A DNA stretch of 64,000 nt from an uncultured Bacilli bacterium (GTDB lineage: Bacteria; Bacillota_I; Bacilli_A; RFN20; CAG-826), in contig CAKUXV010000001.1 in assembly GCA_934700895.1 (NCBI GenBank), positions 199,733 to 263,732 on the forward strand, given 5' to 3'. Below are positions 1 to 8,268 of this stretch, one piece after another (the stretch's first letter is position 1; each line of letters starts with the position of its first letter). The notes under the pieces were generated by a model. The model was not told where the DNA came from, made no database searches, and saw only the letters and a program-made list of their open reading frames with translations. The position numbers were made by a program, and so were the translations under genes.

Positions 1-825
1 TTGATTGAGGGCTTGTTTGACTTCTGGGAGGTCTTCCCGGTAAGTAATGCCATACCATTGATCAGAACTGGGGAACGCTTTTACGGAGATTAAGCCCTTT
101 TCCAAAGCCGTTCCGATGACTTTCGGAATATAGAATTCATCCTTGGATAAATCCGCGTGGGATAAGAAGAAGCGGAATTGCTCTTCTAGAATCTCAAAGA
201 TATAGGGCGTTAAACCCCAAATGTTCATGGAAATCGGCGTATCCAGGGGGAGCGTCTGTTCTTTTCCGTCGTAGACGCAGTGGCCCTTGTCATCGATTTT
301 GGTGACTTCCTCAATCCCTAAAAGATGGTTGGTCGAATCGAGTTTGCAAATTCCACGCGACACCGTGCCGTTCTTGGATAAGGTTTTCCCTAATTGATAA
401 GGGACCATGGCAAACTGGCTGCCTTTCGCGTTTTCTAAGAATTTGCCTAATTGGATAAAGGCGTGAGCTCCGTAATAATCGTCGGCATTTACGATGGCGA
501 AATTTTCGTGCACGACGTCTTTGCAGCATAAAATCGCATGTCCTGTTCCAAAGGGCTTGGCACGTCCTTCCGGAAGGATCGAAGTATCTTGAATGACGTA
601 TTCAACGGGGATGCTTTTTTCGATGCGGTTGCCGATTAGATTTTTAAAATCTTCCTGCATATCCTCGCGGACAATGAAGACGACTTTGCCAAATCCAGAC
701 CGTTTGGCATCGGCGACCGAGAAATCTAATAGGCCTAATCCTGATGGGGTGATGGGTTCTGCTTGTTTAAGGCCTCCAAAACGACTGCCCATGCCGGCAG
801 CCATGACGACTAACGTTGGTTTCAT
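1..825 (-). CDS. Sugar-phosphate nucleotidyltransferase (NTP_transferase fold); 3' end lies outside the window
   Basis: Own translation from the ATG at 823-825: MKPTLVVMAAGMGSRFGGLKQAEPITP..., which carries the G-x-G-[ST]-R pyrophosphorylase signature. AAGGAG lies upstream. It is absent from the ORF track because it runs off the window edge. Track ORFs 311..529(-) and 593..910(+) are shadow frames. Confidence 0.7.
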   Translation of the reverse strand, partial: MKPTLVVMAAGMGSRFGGLKQAEPITPSGLGLLDFSVADAKRSGFGKVVFIVREDMQEDFKNLIGNRIEKSIPVEYVIQDTSILPEGRAKPFGTGHAILCCKDVVHENFAIVNADDYYGAHAFIQLGKFLENAKGSQFAMVPYQLGKTLSKNGTVSRGICKLDSTNHLLGIEEVTKIDDKGHCVYDGKEQTLPLDTPISMNIWGLTPYIFEILEEQFRFFLSHADLSKDEFYIPKVIGTALEKGLISVKAFPSSDQWYGITYREDLPEVKQALNQ

Positions 826-929
826 AAAAACTCCTTGTGGGAATGGGATTATTTTACCCCCAATCCTTGTTGTTGTGGGGATTATTTTCCGGAAGGGAAT
901 AATGGGATGAATTTGTCCTTTACTCGTTC

Positions 930-968
930 TAATCGCCAAAAATGAAAAATATTTAAATTTGGCGATTA
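930..968. promoter_or_regulatory. Inverted repeat TAATCGCCAAA-N17-TTTGGCGATTA over the -35 region of the 987 ATPase gene (candidate operator)
   Basis: Perfect 11-nt arms at 930-940 and 958-968, read directly. Confidence 0.35.
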
Positions 969-974
969 GATAGT

Positions 975-989
975 TATAATCACCCTATG
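975..989 (+). promoter_or_regulatory. -10 box TATAAT, 6-nt spacer, ATG; no SD (putative leaderless start)
   Basis: tagtTATAATcaccctATG. No purine-rich SD fits between the -10 box and the start. Confidence 0.5.
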
Positions 990-2192
990 AAACTGATTAT
1001 TAGAAAGCGTTATTTAAAACGGTTGGATTCCTGCAGGGGAACGCCGGACATCAAGGTGATTACGGGTATCCGCCGTTGCGGGAAATCTAAGCTACTAGAA
1101 TCTTTTGCTTCTCAAGTCCAACAAGAAGAACCCGACTGCAATATCATTAAAATCAATTTCAATTTGGCGGAGTTTGAAGAGATGAGGGAATATCATCGTC
1201 TTTATGACTACGTTTCTCGCCGTTATCGCGAAGGCGTGAATAATTATTTAATGATTGATGAAGTACAACTATGCGATGGATTTGAAACGGCGATTAATTC
1301 TTTCCATGCAGAGGAAAAATACGATATTTACATCACGGGATCCAACGCTTTTTTATCCAGCTCGGATTTAGCGACTTTGTTTGTTGGCCGCACTTTTGAA
1401 GTATCTGTTTTTCCATTTTCTTTCGAAGAATTTTTGGAATATTTCCCCGTTCAAAAATCCGTTTACGATTCCTTGGATGAGTATCTAAAAATGGGAGGTA
1501 TGCCTGGAAGCTATCTTTATAAAGACGAAGAAATGAGGCGAACCTATTTAAATCGTGATGTTTTGAACGCTTTAATCGTGCGTGATATTGTGCAAAAACA
1601 GAAAATCCGTAATGTGCCTTTGCTGGAAAAATTGTTGGATTATCTTTCTAGCAATATTGGGAGCCTGTGCTCGATTCGAAACATCGAAAAGAAATTGGAC
1701 GAGTTTGGAATGAACGCGAATCATGAGACCGTCCAAAAATATATTGGATATTTAACCAATGCCTTTGCTTTTTATCGGATTCGGCGTTTCGATTTAAAGG
1801 GGATGAAATATCTGCAGTCGGATGACAAGTATTATCTTGCTGACCCTGCGTTCCGTTATTCTTTACTAGGAAACAAAAATGCGGATTATGGCCATGTTCT
1901 TGAAAACGTCGTGGCGATTGAATTGCTTCGTCGCGGATATGAAGTTTATGTTGGAAAACTCTATCAAAAAGAAGTGGATTTCATTGCTTTGAAAGATAGA
2001 AAAAGAATGTATTTCCAGGTCTCTTATGACATTCGCAGCCCCGAAACGTTAGAAAGAGAATTAGCCCCATTGAGGATGATTCCGGACAATTATCCGAAAA
2101 CATTGATTGCTCGAACCTATCAACCGGAATACGAAATCGATGGCATTTCCATCATGGATCCGGCGGATTGGCTTTTGAGGTCTTCTTTTTGA
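987..2192 (+). CDS. AAA+ ATPase of the AAA_14 / DUF4143 family; the only intact copy in the window
   Basis: 401 aa. Walker A is GIRRCGKSKLL and Walker B is YLMIDEVQ. The C-terminal ...KEVDFIAL...YFQVSY is typical of DUF4143. Confidence 0.8.
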   Translation: MKLIIRKRYLKRLDSCRGTPDIKVITGIRRCGKSKLLESFASQVQQEEPDCNIIKINFNLAEFEEMREYHRLYDYVSRRYREGVNNYLMIDEVQLCDGFETAINSFHAEEKYDIYITGSNAFLSSSDLATLFVGRTFEVSVFPFSFEEFLEYFPVQKSVYDSLDEYLKMGGMPGSYLYKDEEMRRTYLNRDVLNALIVRDIVQKQKIRNVPLLEKLLDYLSSNIGSLCSIRNIEKKLDEFGMNANHETVQKYIGYLTNAFAFYRIRRFDLKGMKYLQSDDKYYLADPAFRYSLLGNKNADYGHVLENVVAIELLRRGYEVYVGKLYQKEVDFIALKDRKRMYFQVSYDIRSPETLERELAPLRMIPDNYPKTLIARTYQPEYEIDGISIMDPADWLLRSSF

Positions 2193-2196
2193 ACGA

Positions 2197-3450
2197 TTAC
2201 CCATTCAAGGAGTTCTTGTTTAGGAGGAAATCCTCCAAGCCTATATGGTAAATGCCGTTTTCGTCATACCAAGGCACGTAACAATCTTTCTGAATGATGA
2301 TCTTTTTGAACGAATCTTGAATTTTGAGAAACCCAAGGCTTTCTTGTTCCTCTTTTTCTTTCGTTTCTATAGCGTAAGCGGATTGGATATAACATTTTTT
2401 GTTTCCGCTTGTGCACACGAAGTCGATCTCTAATCGTTTTCTTTGACTCTTGTTGAATTCGTCTTTGTAATTGGCGGTGACGGTTCCAACGTCAACGGAA
2501 TACCCTCGACTAATTAACTCGTTGTACAAAATATTTTCCATAGCGCGAGTCGGTTCTATTTGACGGAAATTGATTCGCTCATTTCGCAAACCGATATCCT
2601 CGAAATAATATTTGAAATGGGAGCCGATATAAGATTTTCCTTGGATGTTGTACTGCAAAACTTTGTGGACCAAAAATGCGTCGACGAAACAATCGAGATA
2701 ATGGGATACGGTGATTCGATTGATAGAAGCGTGGATTAACGAATCGAAGGTGTTTGCTAGCTTTGTCGGATTCGTTAAAGAGCCTACGGAAGAAGCAAGA
2801 ATATTGAGCAATTATCCCACTACGACATCGTTCTTTCTCAAATCGTTCCGCCCTAAAATATCGCGAATATAAACGTTTTCGAATATGTTTTGAAGATAGG
2901 CAGTTTTTTGCTCGTGAGATTGCATACCAACCAGGGCGGGCAAACCTCCATAAAGGGAGTATTCCGCATAGGCATTGTTTTTGTCGCCTTCCCAAGCGTC
3001 GTAAAACTCTCGATACGACAAAGGATGGATGCGCAGTTCGTCGCCCCTTCCTCGAAATTCGGTAATGATGTCGCTAGAAAGAAATTTGGAATTAGATCCC
3101 GTAACGTAGCAGTCGGCATTGGGAATTCTCAAAAGGCTGTTGAGGACCGATTCGAACCCCTCCACCTCTTGGATTTCGTCTAGGAGGATGTAGTATGGCT
3201 TGTCATCTATGATTTTGGATCGAACATAATCAAATAGTTTTTTCCGATCTAATAGCTCCTCATATTCCACTCCGTCTAAAGAAGCCTCGATGATATGGTC
3301 TCCCGGAACCCCGTTGTCTAGCAAATACTGTTTAAATAAGCGAAAGAGGAGGTAGGATTTACCGCATCTTCTAATCCCGGTTATTACTTTTATCATGCCG
3401 TTTTGTTTCTTGGAGATTAATTTATCTAGATATTCGGTCCGTTGGATCAT
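2197..3450 (-). pseudogene. AAA_14 / DUF4143 ATPase paralog interrupted by a single in-frame TAA
   Basis: Track ORFs 2812..3492 (GIRRCGKSYLL, LLDEIQ) and 2197..2811 (DUF4143 part, LEIDFV...YIQSAY) are in the same frame. Only the TAA at 2812-2814 separates them. Likely start is the ATG at 3448-3450, with AAGGAG 7 nt upstream. Confidence 0.75.
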
Positions 3451-3609
3451 AGGCAAACTCCTTGTAATAACAATTTTTGCGTCTACACGCATTTATGGAT
3501 AGTAGAACAACAGGAACAGAGTTATGCTGGACTTAAAATCCATTTGTGGAACAATACCTCCATCTAAACAACAATAACTTCATATCTGTTGAAAGAAATG
3601 GCGTTTAAA

Positions 3610-3657
3610 GGAAGTTTTGTGATAAACGGTATCTAAAAACTTGGAAGTTTTGTGAAA
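3610..3657. repeat. Direct repeat GGAAGTTTTGTGA x2, 33 nt apart, upstream of the 2197..3450 pseudogene
   Basis: Copies at 3610-3622 and 3643-3655, read directly. Confidence 0.4.
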
Positions 3658-3721
3658 GGGGATAGGAAGAAGGCGCCGTAACATTTGATGCTTGAAGCTC
3701 CCCTGCGCCAAATCAAGGTAC

Positions 3722-3750
3722 AAAAAAACCTGGCTCATTGACCAGGCTGT
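3722..3750 (-). terminator. Rho-independent terminator after the tRNA cluster
   Basis: Minus strand reads gcCTGGtcaatgagCCAGGttttttt: a short stem followed by a T7 run. Confidence 0.5.
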
Positions 3751-3763
3751 TGTTTTTCAATCA

Positions 3764-3850
3764 TGGTGCCCGAGACCGGACTCGAACCGGTACGGGTTCA
3801 TCACCCGAGGGATTTTAAGTCCCTTGCGTCTACCATTCCGCCACTCGGGC
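3764..3850 (-). tRNA. tRNA-Leu(TAA), class II with long variable arm, CCA encoded
   Basis: Hand-folded. Acceptor gcccgag/ctcgggc, anticodon loop cTTAAaa, T-loop ggttcgagtcc. Confidence 0.9.
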
Positions 3851-3860
3851 ACTAAATTGT

Positions 3861-3935
3861 TGGTCCCCCGTGTGAGGCTCGAACTCACGACCCCTTGATT
3901 AAAAGTCAAGTGCTCTACCACTGAGCTAACGGAGG
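3861..3935 (-). tRNA. tRNA-Lys(TTT)
   Basis: Hand-folded. Anticodon stem cttga/tcaag, loop cTTTTaa, T-loop gttcgagc, CCA encoded. Confidence 0.85.
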
Positions 3936-3937
3936 GC

Positions 3938-4012
3938 TGGCTGGGGTGACTGGGATCGGACCAGTGCGTCAGGGAGTCAAAGTCCCTTGCCTTACCTCTT
4001 GGCTACACCCCA
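3938..4012 (-). tRNA. tRNA-Gln(TTG)
   Basis: Acceptor tggggtg/cacccca, anticodon loop ctTTGac, CCA encoded. Confidence 0.88.
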
Positions 4013-4019
4013 ACAAAGG

Positions 4020-4103
4020 TGGTGGGCGAAGATGGATTTGAACCACCGAACCCGAAGGAGCTGATTTACAGTCAGCCGCGTTTGGCCACTTCGCTATTCG
4101 CCC
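4020..4103 (-). tRNA. tRNA-Tyr(GTA), long variable arm
   Basis: Acceptor gggcgaa/ttcgccc, anticodon loop ctGTAaa, T-loop ggttcaaatcc. Confidence 0.9.
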
Positions 4104-4145
4104 ACGATCCGAATTGCTACGTTTTATTTGCCGCCCATATTTTGG

Positions 4146-4220
4146 TGGTGGATGCTGCAGGTTTCGAACCTGCGACCCCCGCCTTGTAAGGGCGATGCTC
4201 TCCCGCTGAGCTAAGCATCC
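4146..4220 (-). tRNA. tRNA-Val(TAC)
   Basis: Acceptor ggatgct/agcatcc, anticodon loop ctTACaa, T-loop ggttcgaaacc, CCA encoded (followed by a second CCA). Confidence 0.9.
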
Positions 4221-4246
4221 GCGGGGCGTCTAAAACGCGCTTAGAT

Positions 4247-4275
4247 ATACTATCATCGCCCCTTGGGTCGGTCAA
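4247..4275 (-). promoter_or_regulatory. Sigma-70-type promoter for the tRNA cluster
   Basis: Minus strand reads TTGACC-17 nt-TAGTAT, about 25 nt upstream of tRNA-Val. Confidence 0.55.
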
Positions 4276-4360
4276 TGAGTTTTTTCATGAATTTCAGGAA
4301 TTGTTTTTTAAGGGACAAAAAGACGTCCGTCTCCTATAAAACATGAGATGTCATCGCCTA

Positions 4361-4394
4361 TTTAAGAAAAGCCCCGTTGGTTTTCAACGGGGCT
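4361..4394 (-). terminator. Rho-independent terminator after pgi
   Basis: Minus strand reads AGCCCCGTTGaaaacCAACGGGGCTtttctt. Confidence 0.75.
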
Positions 4395-4402
4395 AATCGA
4401 GC

Positions 4403-5686
4403 TTATTTTTCGTATCCGGGTTTGCCAAGAAGATGGAACATGTTCTTTTTGTAGATTTCCACCCCCGGCTGGTTGAAGGGGTTCACGTCGTTAAGATAGG
4501 CGGACATCGCGCAGGCGCGGCAGAAGAAATAGAGGAGTTCGCCAAGGCTCTCCGCATCCATTCTATCGATGGAGAGAAGAATGTTGGGGACTTTGCCGGT
4601 TTCCACATGGGCTTCCACGGTCCCGTCGTGAGCTTTCTTGGAGATGTAATCCAGTGTCTTGCCCTCCAGGTAATTGAGCCCATCGAGGTTGTCATTATCG
4701 TGGGGCACGGTGACATCGAATTCGGGCTGTTCGATCTGCAAAACGGTTTCGAAGAGAACCGGGCTTCCTTCTTGGATGAATTGTCCTAAAGAATGGAGGT
4801 CGGTTGTAAAAGTTGCAGAATCGGGAAGCAAACCCGTATGCTCTTTGCCTTCACTTTCGCCGAAGAGCTGTTTCCACCATTCACCAAGCTGAACGAGTCG
4901 CGGTTCATAGGTAACGAACATTTCCACGGGGTAGCCGTATTTTTTGTGGAGGACGTGACGGATTAAGGCATATTGATAGCAGGGGTTTAAGGTATCCGTG
5001 TCATAGGCGAGTTTAGCTTTCTCCGCCCCTTTCATGAAGGCCGTGATATCAATGCCAGCGGCTGCCATCGGGAGTAAGCCCACCGCCGTGAAGACGCTAT
5101 AACGTCCGCCGACGTCATCGGGAAGAACAAAGCGTTCATACCCGTATTTCTCGGCCAATCCAAGCAAGGCTCCTTTATGGGCGTCCGTGGTCGCGTAAAT
5201 TGCTTTTGCCGCCTTTTCTTTGCCGAATTTTTTCTCTAGCAATTCCCAAAGCAAGCGGAAGCTTACCGAAGTTTCGGTCGTCGTCCCCGATTTGGAAATG
5301 ACATTGACCGCGAAATTCTTGTCTTGGAGATATTCCAAAACTTGATGGATATAGTGGCTGGAGAAGGTTTGTCCCAAATAGATGACGCGGAAGGGGTCCT
5401 TGGGGAACAAGCCGTTGATCGCTTCGATCGCCGCGCGGGCGCCTAAATAGCTACCCCCGATTCCGCAGACGACCAAACAATCGTAATGGTCGTGGATGTA
5501 TTTGCCGTCTTTTTGGATGCGGGCAAATTCTTCCTTGTCGTAAGTTTCTGGATAATTGGCCCAGCCAAGGAAGTCGCTTCCTTTGCCGGTTTTTTGATCA
5601 ATCGACTGGTTGATTTCAGCGATTTTAGATGCGTAAGAAGCATAATCAATCGCGTGGGTTAAGTAAGAATCATTGATGTGAATCAT
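4403..5686 (-). CDS. pgi: Glucose-6-phosphate isomerase
   Basis: 427 aa, Firmicutes-type PGI (...CGIGGSYLGARAAIEA..., ...GESEGKE...). AAGGAGA RBS. Confidence 0.9.
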   Translation of the reverse strand: MIHINDSYLTHAIDYASYASKIAEINQSIDQKTGKGSDFLGWANYPETYDKEEFARIQKDGKYIHDHYDCLVVCGIGGSYLGARAAIEAINGLFPKDPFRVIYLGQTFSSHYIHQVLEYLQDKNFAVNVISKSGTTTETSVSFRLLWELLEKKFGKEKAAKAIYATTDAHKGALLGLAEKYGYERFVLPDDVGGRYSVFTAVGLLPMAAAGIDITAFMKGAEKAKLAYDTDTLNPCYQYALIRHVLHKKYGYPVEMFVTYEPRLVQLGEWWKQLFGESEGKEHTGLLPDSATFTTDLHSLGQFIQEGSPVLFETVLQIEQPEFDVTVPHDNDNLDGLNYLEGKTLDYISKKAHDGTVEAHVETGKVPNILLSIDRMDAESLGELLYFFCRACAMSAYLNDVNPFNQPGVEIYKKNMFHLLGKPGYEK

Positions 5687-6051
5687 AGAATTTCTCCTTG
5701 TTTATTTTCGTCTTCAATCCAGCTGGGGAGTTGTTTTTCTAGCGGAGAGAAGTCGATGTCAGATGAATGGATACGCGCATGGCGGAAGGCTTTTTTCTTA
5801 TCCGATGCACTCATGCGCTTGAGCGAGACGCGGACGCTGCCTTTTTCTTCGTCTACCTCGATGACCTTGACGCTATAGATGCTGCCAATCGTTACGAAGT
5901 TGGTGAAAGAATGGATGTAATTATGGGACAGCTCGCTGATATGAAGGAGCCCGGTCCAGCCTTCGTCGAAGAGGAGGATTGCGTAATTGGAATAGACGCG
6001 GACGACGGTGCCGGAAACAAGGTCGCCGACTTTGGGCAATACTTTGTTCAT
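5683..6051 (-). CDS. S1 RNA-binding domain protein (YabR / GSP13-like)
   Basis: 122 aa: VGDLVSGTVVRVYSNYAILLFDEGWTGLLHISELS. Start and stop overlap both neighbours (ATGA). Confidence 0.75.
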   Translation of the reverse strand: MNKVLPKVGDLVSGTVVRVYSNYAILLFDEGWTGLLHISELSHNYIHSFTNFVTIGSIYSVKVIEVDEEKGSVRVSLKRMSASDKKKAFRHARIHSSDIDFSPLEKQLPSWIEDENKQGEIL

Positions 6052-6755
6052 TCTTCCTCCCTTCTTTGCAGGTAAGCGGCTAAATCGAGCTGGGTAGTGA
6101 TTTTGATGTTTTTCTCATTGCCCGTGACGATGCCGATATCATGACGGCACGCCGCAAATAAACTCGCGTCGTCGGTGAATTCGTCTAGTTTTTTCTTCTT
6201 TTTCATTTTGCTAAGCGACTTCCAGAACGGGCTGAAGAGGAAGCTCTGCGGGGTTTGAGCCCGATAGATTTGCTTTCTCGGCAAATAGGAATCCGCGTAA
6301 TAGCCGTTACGACTATAGAAAATGGAATCGGAAGCCGGAAGTGCGGTCACGGCTCCCCCAACGGCCCTCGCGGTATCCACGTTTTCATGGAAGATGCGTT
6401 CCTCGATGTAAGGGCGGTCGCCGTCGCAAACCATCACCACATCATCGGGATCGATCGTGGTCGTGGAAAGATATTTCATGGCTTCATAGACGCTTTCTTC
6501 GCGACTATTTCCACCTGGGATGATCGCTTTGATTTTCTCAAGATTTTCCTGCAACGCCACCTCATGGGTTTTTTCCATGAAAGAAGGATGGGAAACCAAA
6601 TAAATCGCATTCACAAAGCTCAATTTGGCAATCCCTTGAAGGGTTTCCCCCATCAAGGTGCGGCCACCGACGTCAGCAAATTGCTTAGGAAAAGGAGAAC
6701 CGAATCGCTCCCCGGTTCCTCCGAATAATAGGATGACCACTACACGCTTGCTCAT
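6048..6755 (-). CDS. IspD/TarI-family cytidylyltransferase (CTP:polyol-phosphate type)
   Basis: MSKRVVVILLFGGTGERFGSPFPKQF... matches the IspD N-terminal signature. An alternative GTG start lies at 6794. Confidence 0.7.
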   Translation of the reverse strand: MSKRVVVILLFGGTGERFGSPFPKQFADVGGRTLMGETLQGIAKLSFVNAIYLVSHPSFMEKTHEVALQENLEKIKAIIPGGNSREESVYEAMKYLSTTTIDPDDVVMVCDGDRPYIEERIFHENVDTARAVGGAVTALPASDSIFYSRNGYYADSYLPRKQIYRAQTPQSFLFSPFWKSLSKMKKKKKLDEFTDDASLFAACRHDIGIVTGNEKNIKITTQLDLAAYLQRREEE

Positions 6756-6798
6756 AGCAATCCGAATTATACTCCTTGGAAAAGGAATTCCCACTTTC

Positions 6799-7638
6799 TT
6801 AGTCTAAAAGTGGATTCGTATTTTCGTGGGTTTTCAAAGATTCGTTGATTTCAATTCCTTGAATGATGAGTTTCATGATTTTCTCTAAGGGCGAATCTTT
6901 GGAATAGTCCGCGCGGCAGGCGTAATTGATGCGTCCGTCGCTTTCAAGGCTTCCGACTTTCTCTTCTTGCCCGCGCGGATAGACGGCGATGGATTTGCCA
7001 CCGTTAGACTTGACGATGATCATAGAGGGGACGTCGGTTAATCCGTCTCCGATATAGACCATGTTGGAATAAGGGATGCGGCGTTCCACTGTTTTTTCAT
7101 TGACCGAATTGTCATCGGTTTGGTCGTAGACCCCTTTGGAAATGCGGAAGAAGTACTGAGTTTTTTGGGTGTAATTGATCGCGTATTTCGGCCAGATCGC
7201 ATTGCCTTGTTCGTCAAAAAGATATTCGCAGCCATAGATTTCTTTGAATTCTTTGGCGATGGAACACCCTTCCACGATTTCTTTGTTGCCGGAGCTCACG
7301 AGGTAATGCTCGATGTTGATTCCATGTTCTTCCCCATATTGGTTAATGCGGGAGAACCAAGTGGAAACGCCGGGGAAGAATTTGATGTCCTTGCCACATT
7401 CGGCTAAGAATTCGCGGGTCATGTGAATTCCCTTTTCTTTCGCGGCTTGGTTCATGACAAAAAGGTAGGAGAGGATTTTTTCGCATCCGGTTTTGCGGCT
7501 GAATTCTCCCGTTTTCTCCCAAAACTCGGCTGTGGTCATTCCTAAACGCGGAATGAATCCAAAGTTTTGCATATCGGTGGTCGCCAAGGTGCTATCGAAG
7601 TCGTAGAGAATGGCGCAGATGGGCTTTTTGCAAGACAT
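6799..7638 (-). CDS. HAD-superfamily hydrolase
   Basis: 279 aa. Motif I is DFDSTL and there is a late GDGLTD motif. AAGGAG RBS. Confidence 0.65.
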   Translation of the reverse strand: MSCKKPICAILYDFDSTLATTDMQNFGFIPRLGMTTAEFWEKTGEFSRKTGCEKILSYLFVMNQAAKEKGIHMTREFLAECGKDIKFFPGVSTWFSRINQYGEEHGINIEHYLVSSGNKEIVEGCSIAKEFKEIYGCEYLFDEQGNAIWPKYAINYTQKTQYFFRISKGVYDQTDDNSVNEKTVERRIPYSNMVYIGDGLTDVPSMIIVKSNGGKSIAVYPRGQEEKVGSLESDGRINYACRADYSKDSPLEKIMKLIIQGIEINESLKTHENTNPLLD

Positions 7639-7729
7639 AAAAGAAGCTCCTTTCTAGGGTTTCTAGGCCCATTATACGCGAGCGGGCGGGCGAGGGTCAA
7701 ATTTACGCCTTTTTGAGGTTCTGCCGCGT

Positions 7730-7745
7730 TATAATAGACCCCATG
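7730..7745 (+). promoter_or_regulatory. -10 TATAAT, 7-nt spacer, ATG; no SD (putative leaderless start of the LemA-like gene)
   Basis: gcgtTATAATagaccccATG. Confidence 0.5.
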
Positions 7746-8267
7746 GAAGCCTGGCAAGTCGTTCTTCTCATCGTGATGATTGTCCTATTTGGATACATCG
7801 TCTTGCTGTCGTTTGTTATTTCCCACGGCATTCAATTCCACCGCCGCCTTCGCTATCGCGTGGTGACCCTGGCCGTGGTTTTAAGCGAAAAACAGCGCCT
7901 GCTTCGCCAAATCGTTGGTCTATTCAAAGAAAAAAGCATCGTCTTCTCTAAGGAAGACATCGAACTCATCACCAAGATGGACAATTTGGTTTTGGAACCC
8001 TTGAAGAAGGATTCTCTTCCTGATGCCATCGGATTATTGAAATCCGCTCAGTCCCGTTTGGCTTATATTGCCCAAAACCATCATGAATCCATTCAAGATT
8101 CGTCGTATCCAGGAATCTATGCCGCCGTTGAAGAAAACGAACGCTCCATTCGTCGGGGCATTGCAGGCTACAATATGGACGTCGTCGCGCTCAATTATTG
8201 GTGTTCCGTTCCCGCGGCAGGTTGGATCAATGCCTTATTTGGCATCCGAAAACGCCAAACTTTATAA
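7743..8267 (+). CDS. LemA-family membrane protein
   Basis: N-terminal TM segment. The C-terminal ...RRGIAGYNMDVVALNYWCSVPAAGWINALFGIRKR resembles the LemA C-terminus. The track ORF starts at a TTG at 7713; I prefer the ATG at 7743. Confidence 0.55.
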   Translation: MEAWQVVLLIVMIVLFGYIVLLSFVISHGIQFHRRLRYRVVTLAVVLSEKQRLLRQIVGLFKEKSIVFSKEDIELITKMDNLVLEPLKKDSLPDAIGLLKSAQSRLAYIAQNHHESIQDSSYPGIYAAVEENERSIRRGIAGYNMDVVALNYWCSVPAAGWINALFGIRKRQTL

Positions 8268-8268
8268 A

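Noticed and set aside
3692-3898. Track ORFs overlapping tRNA genes: 3692..3898 +, 11417..11893 -, 11435..11674 +, 53002..53688 + and 56633..56929 -.
   Set aside because: They run through hand-folded tRNAs and terminators, with no RBS and no coding signal.
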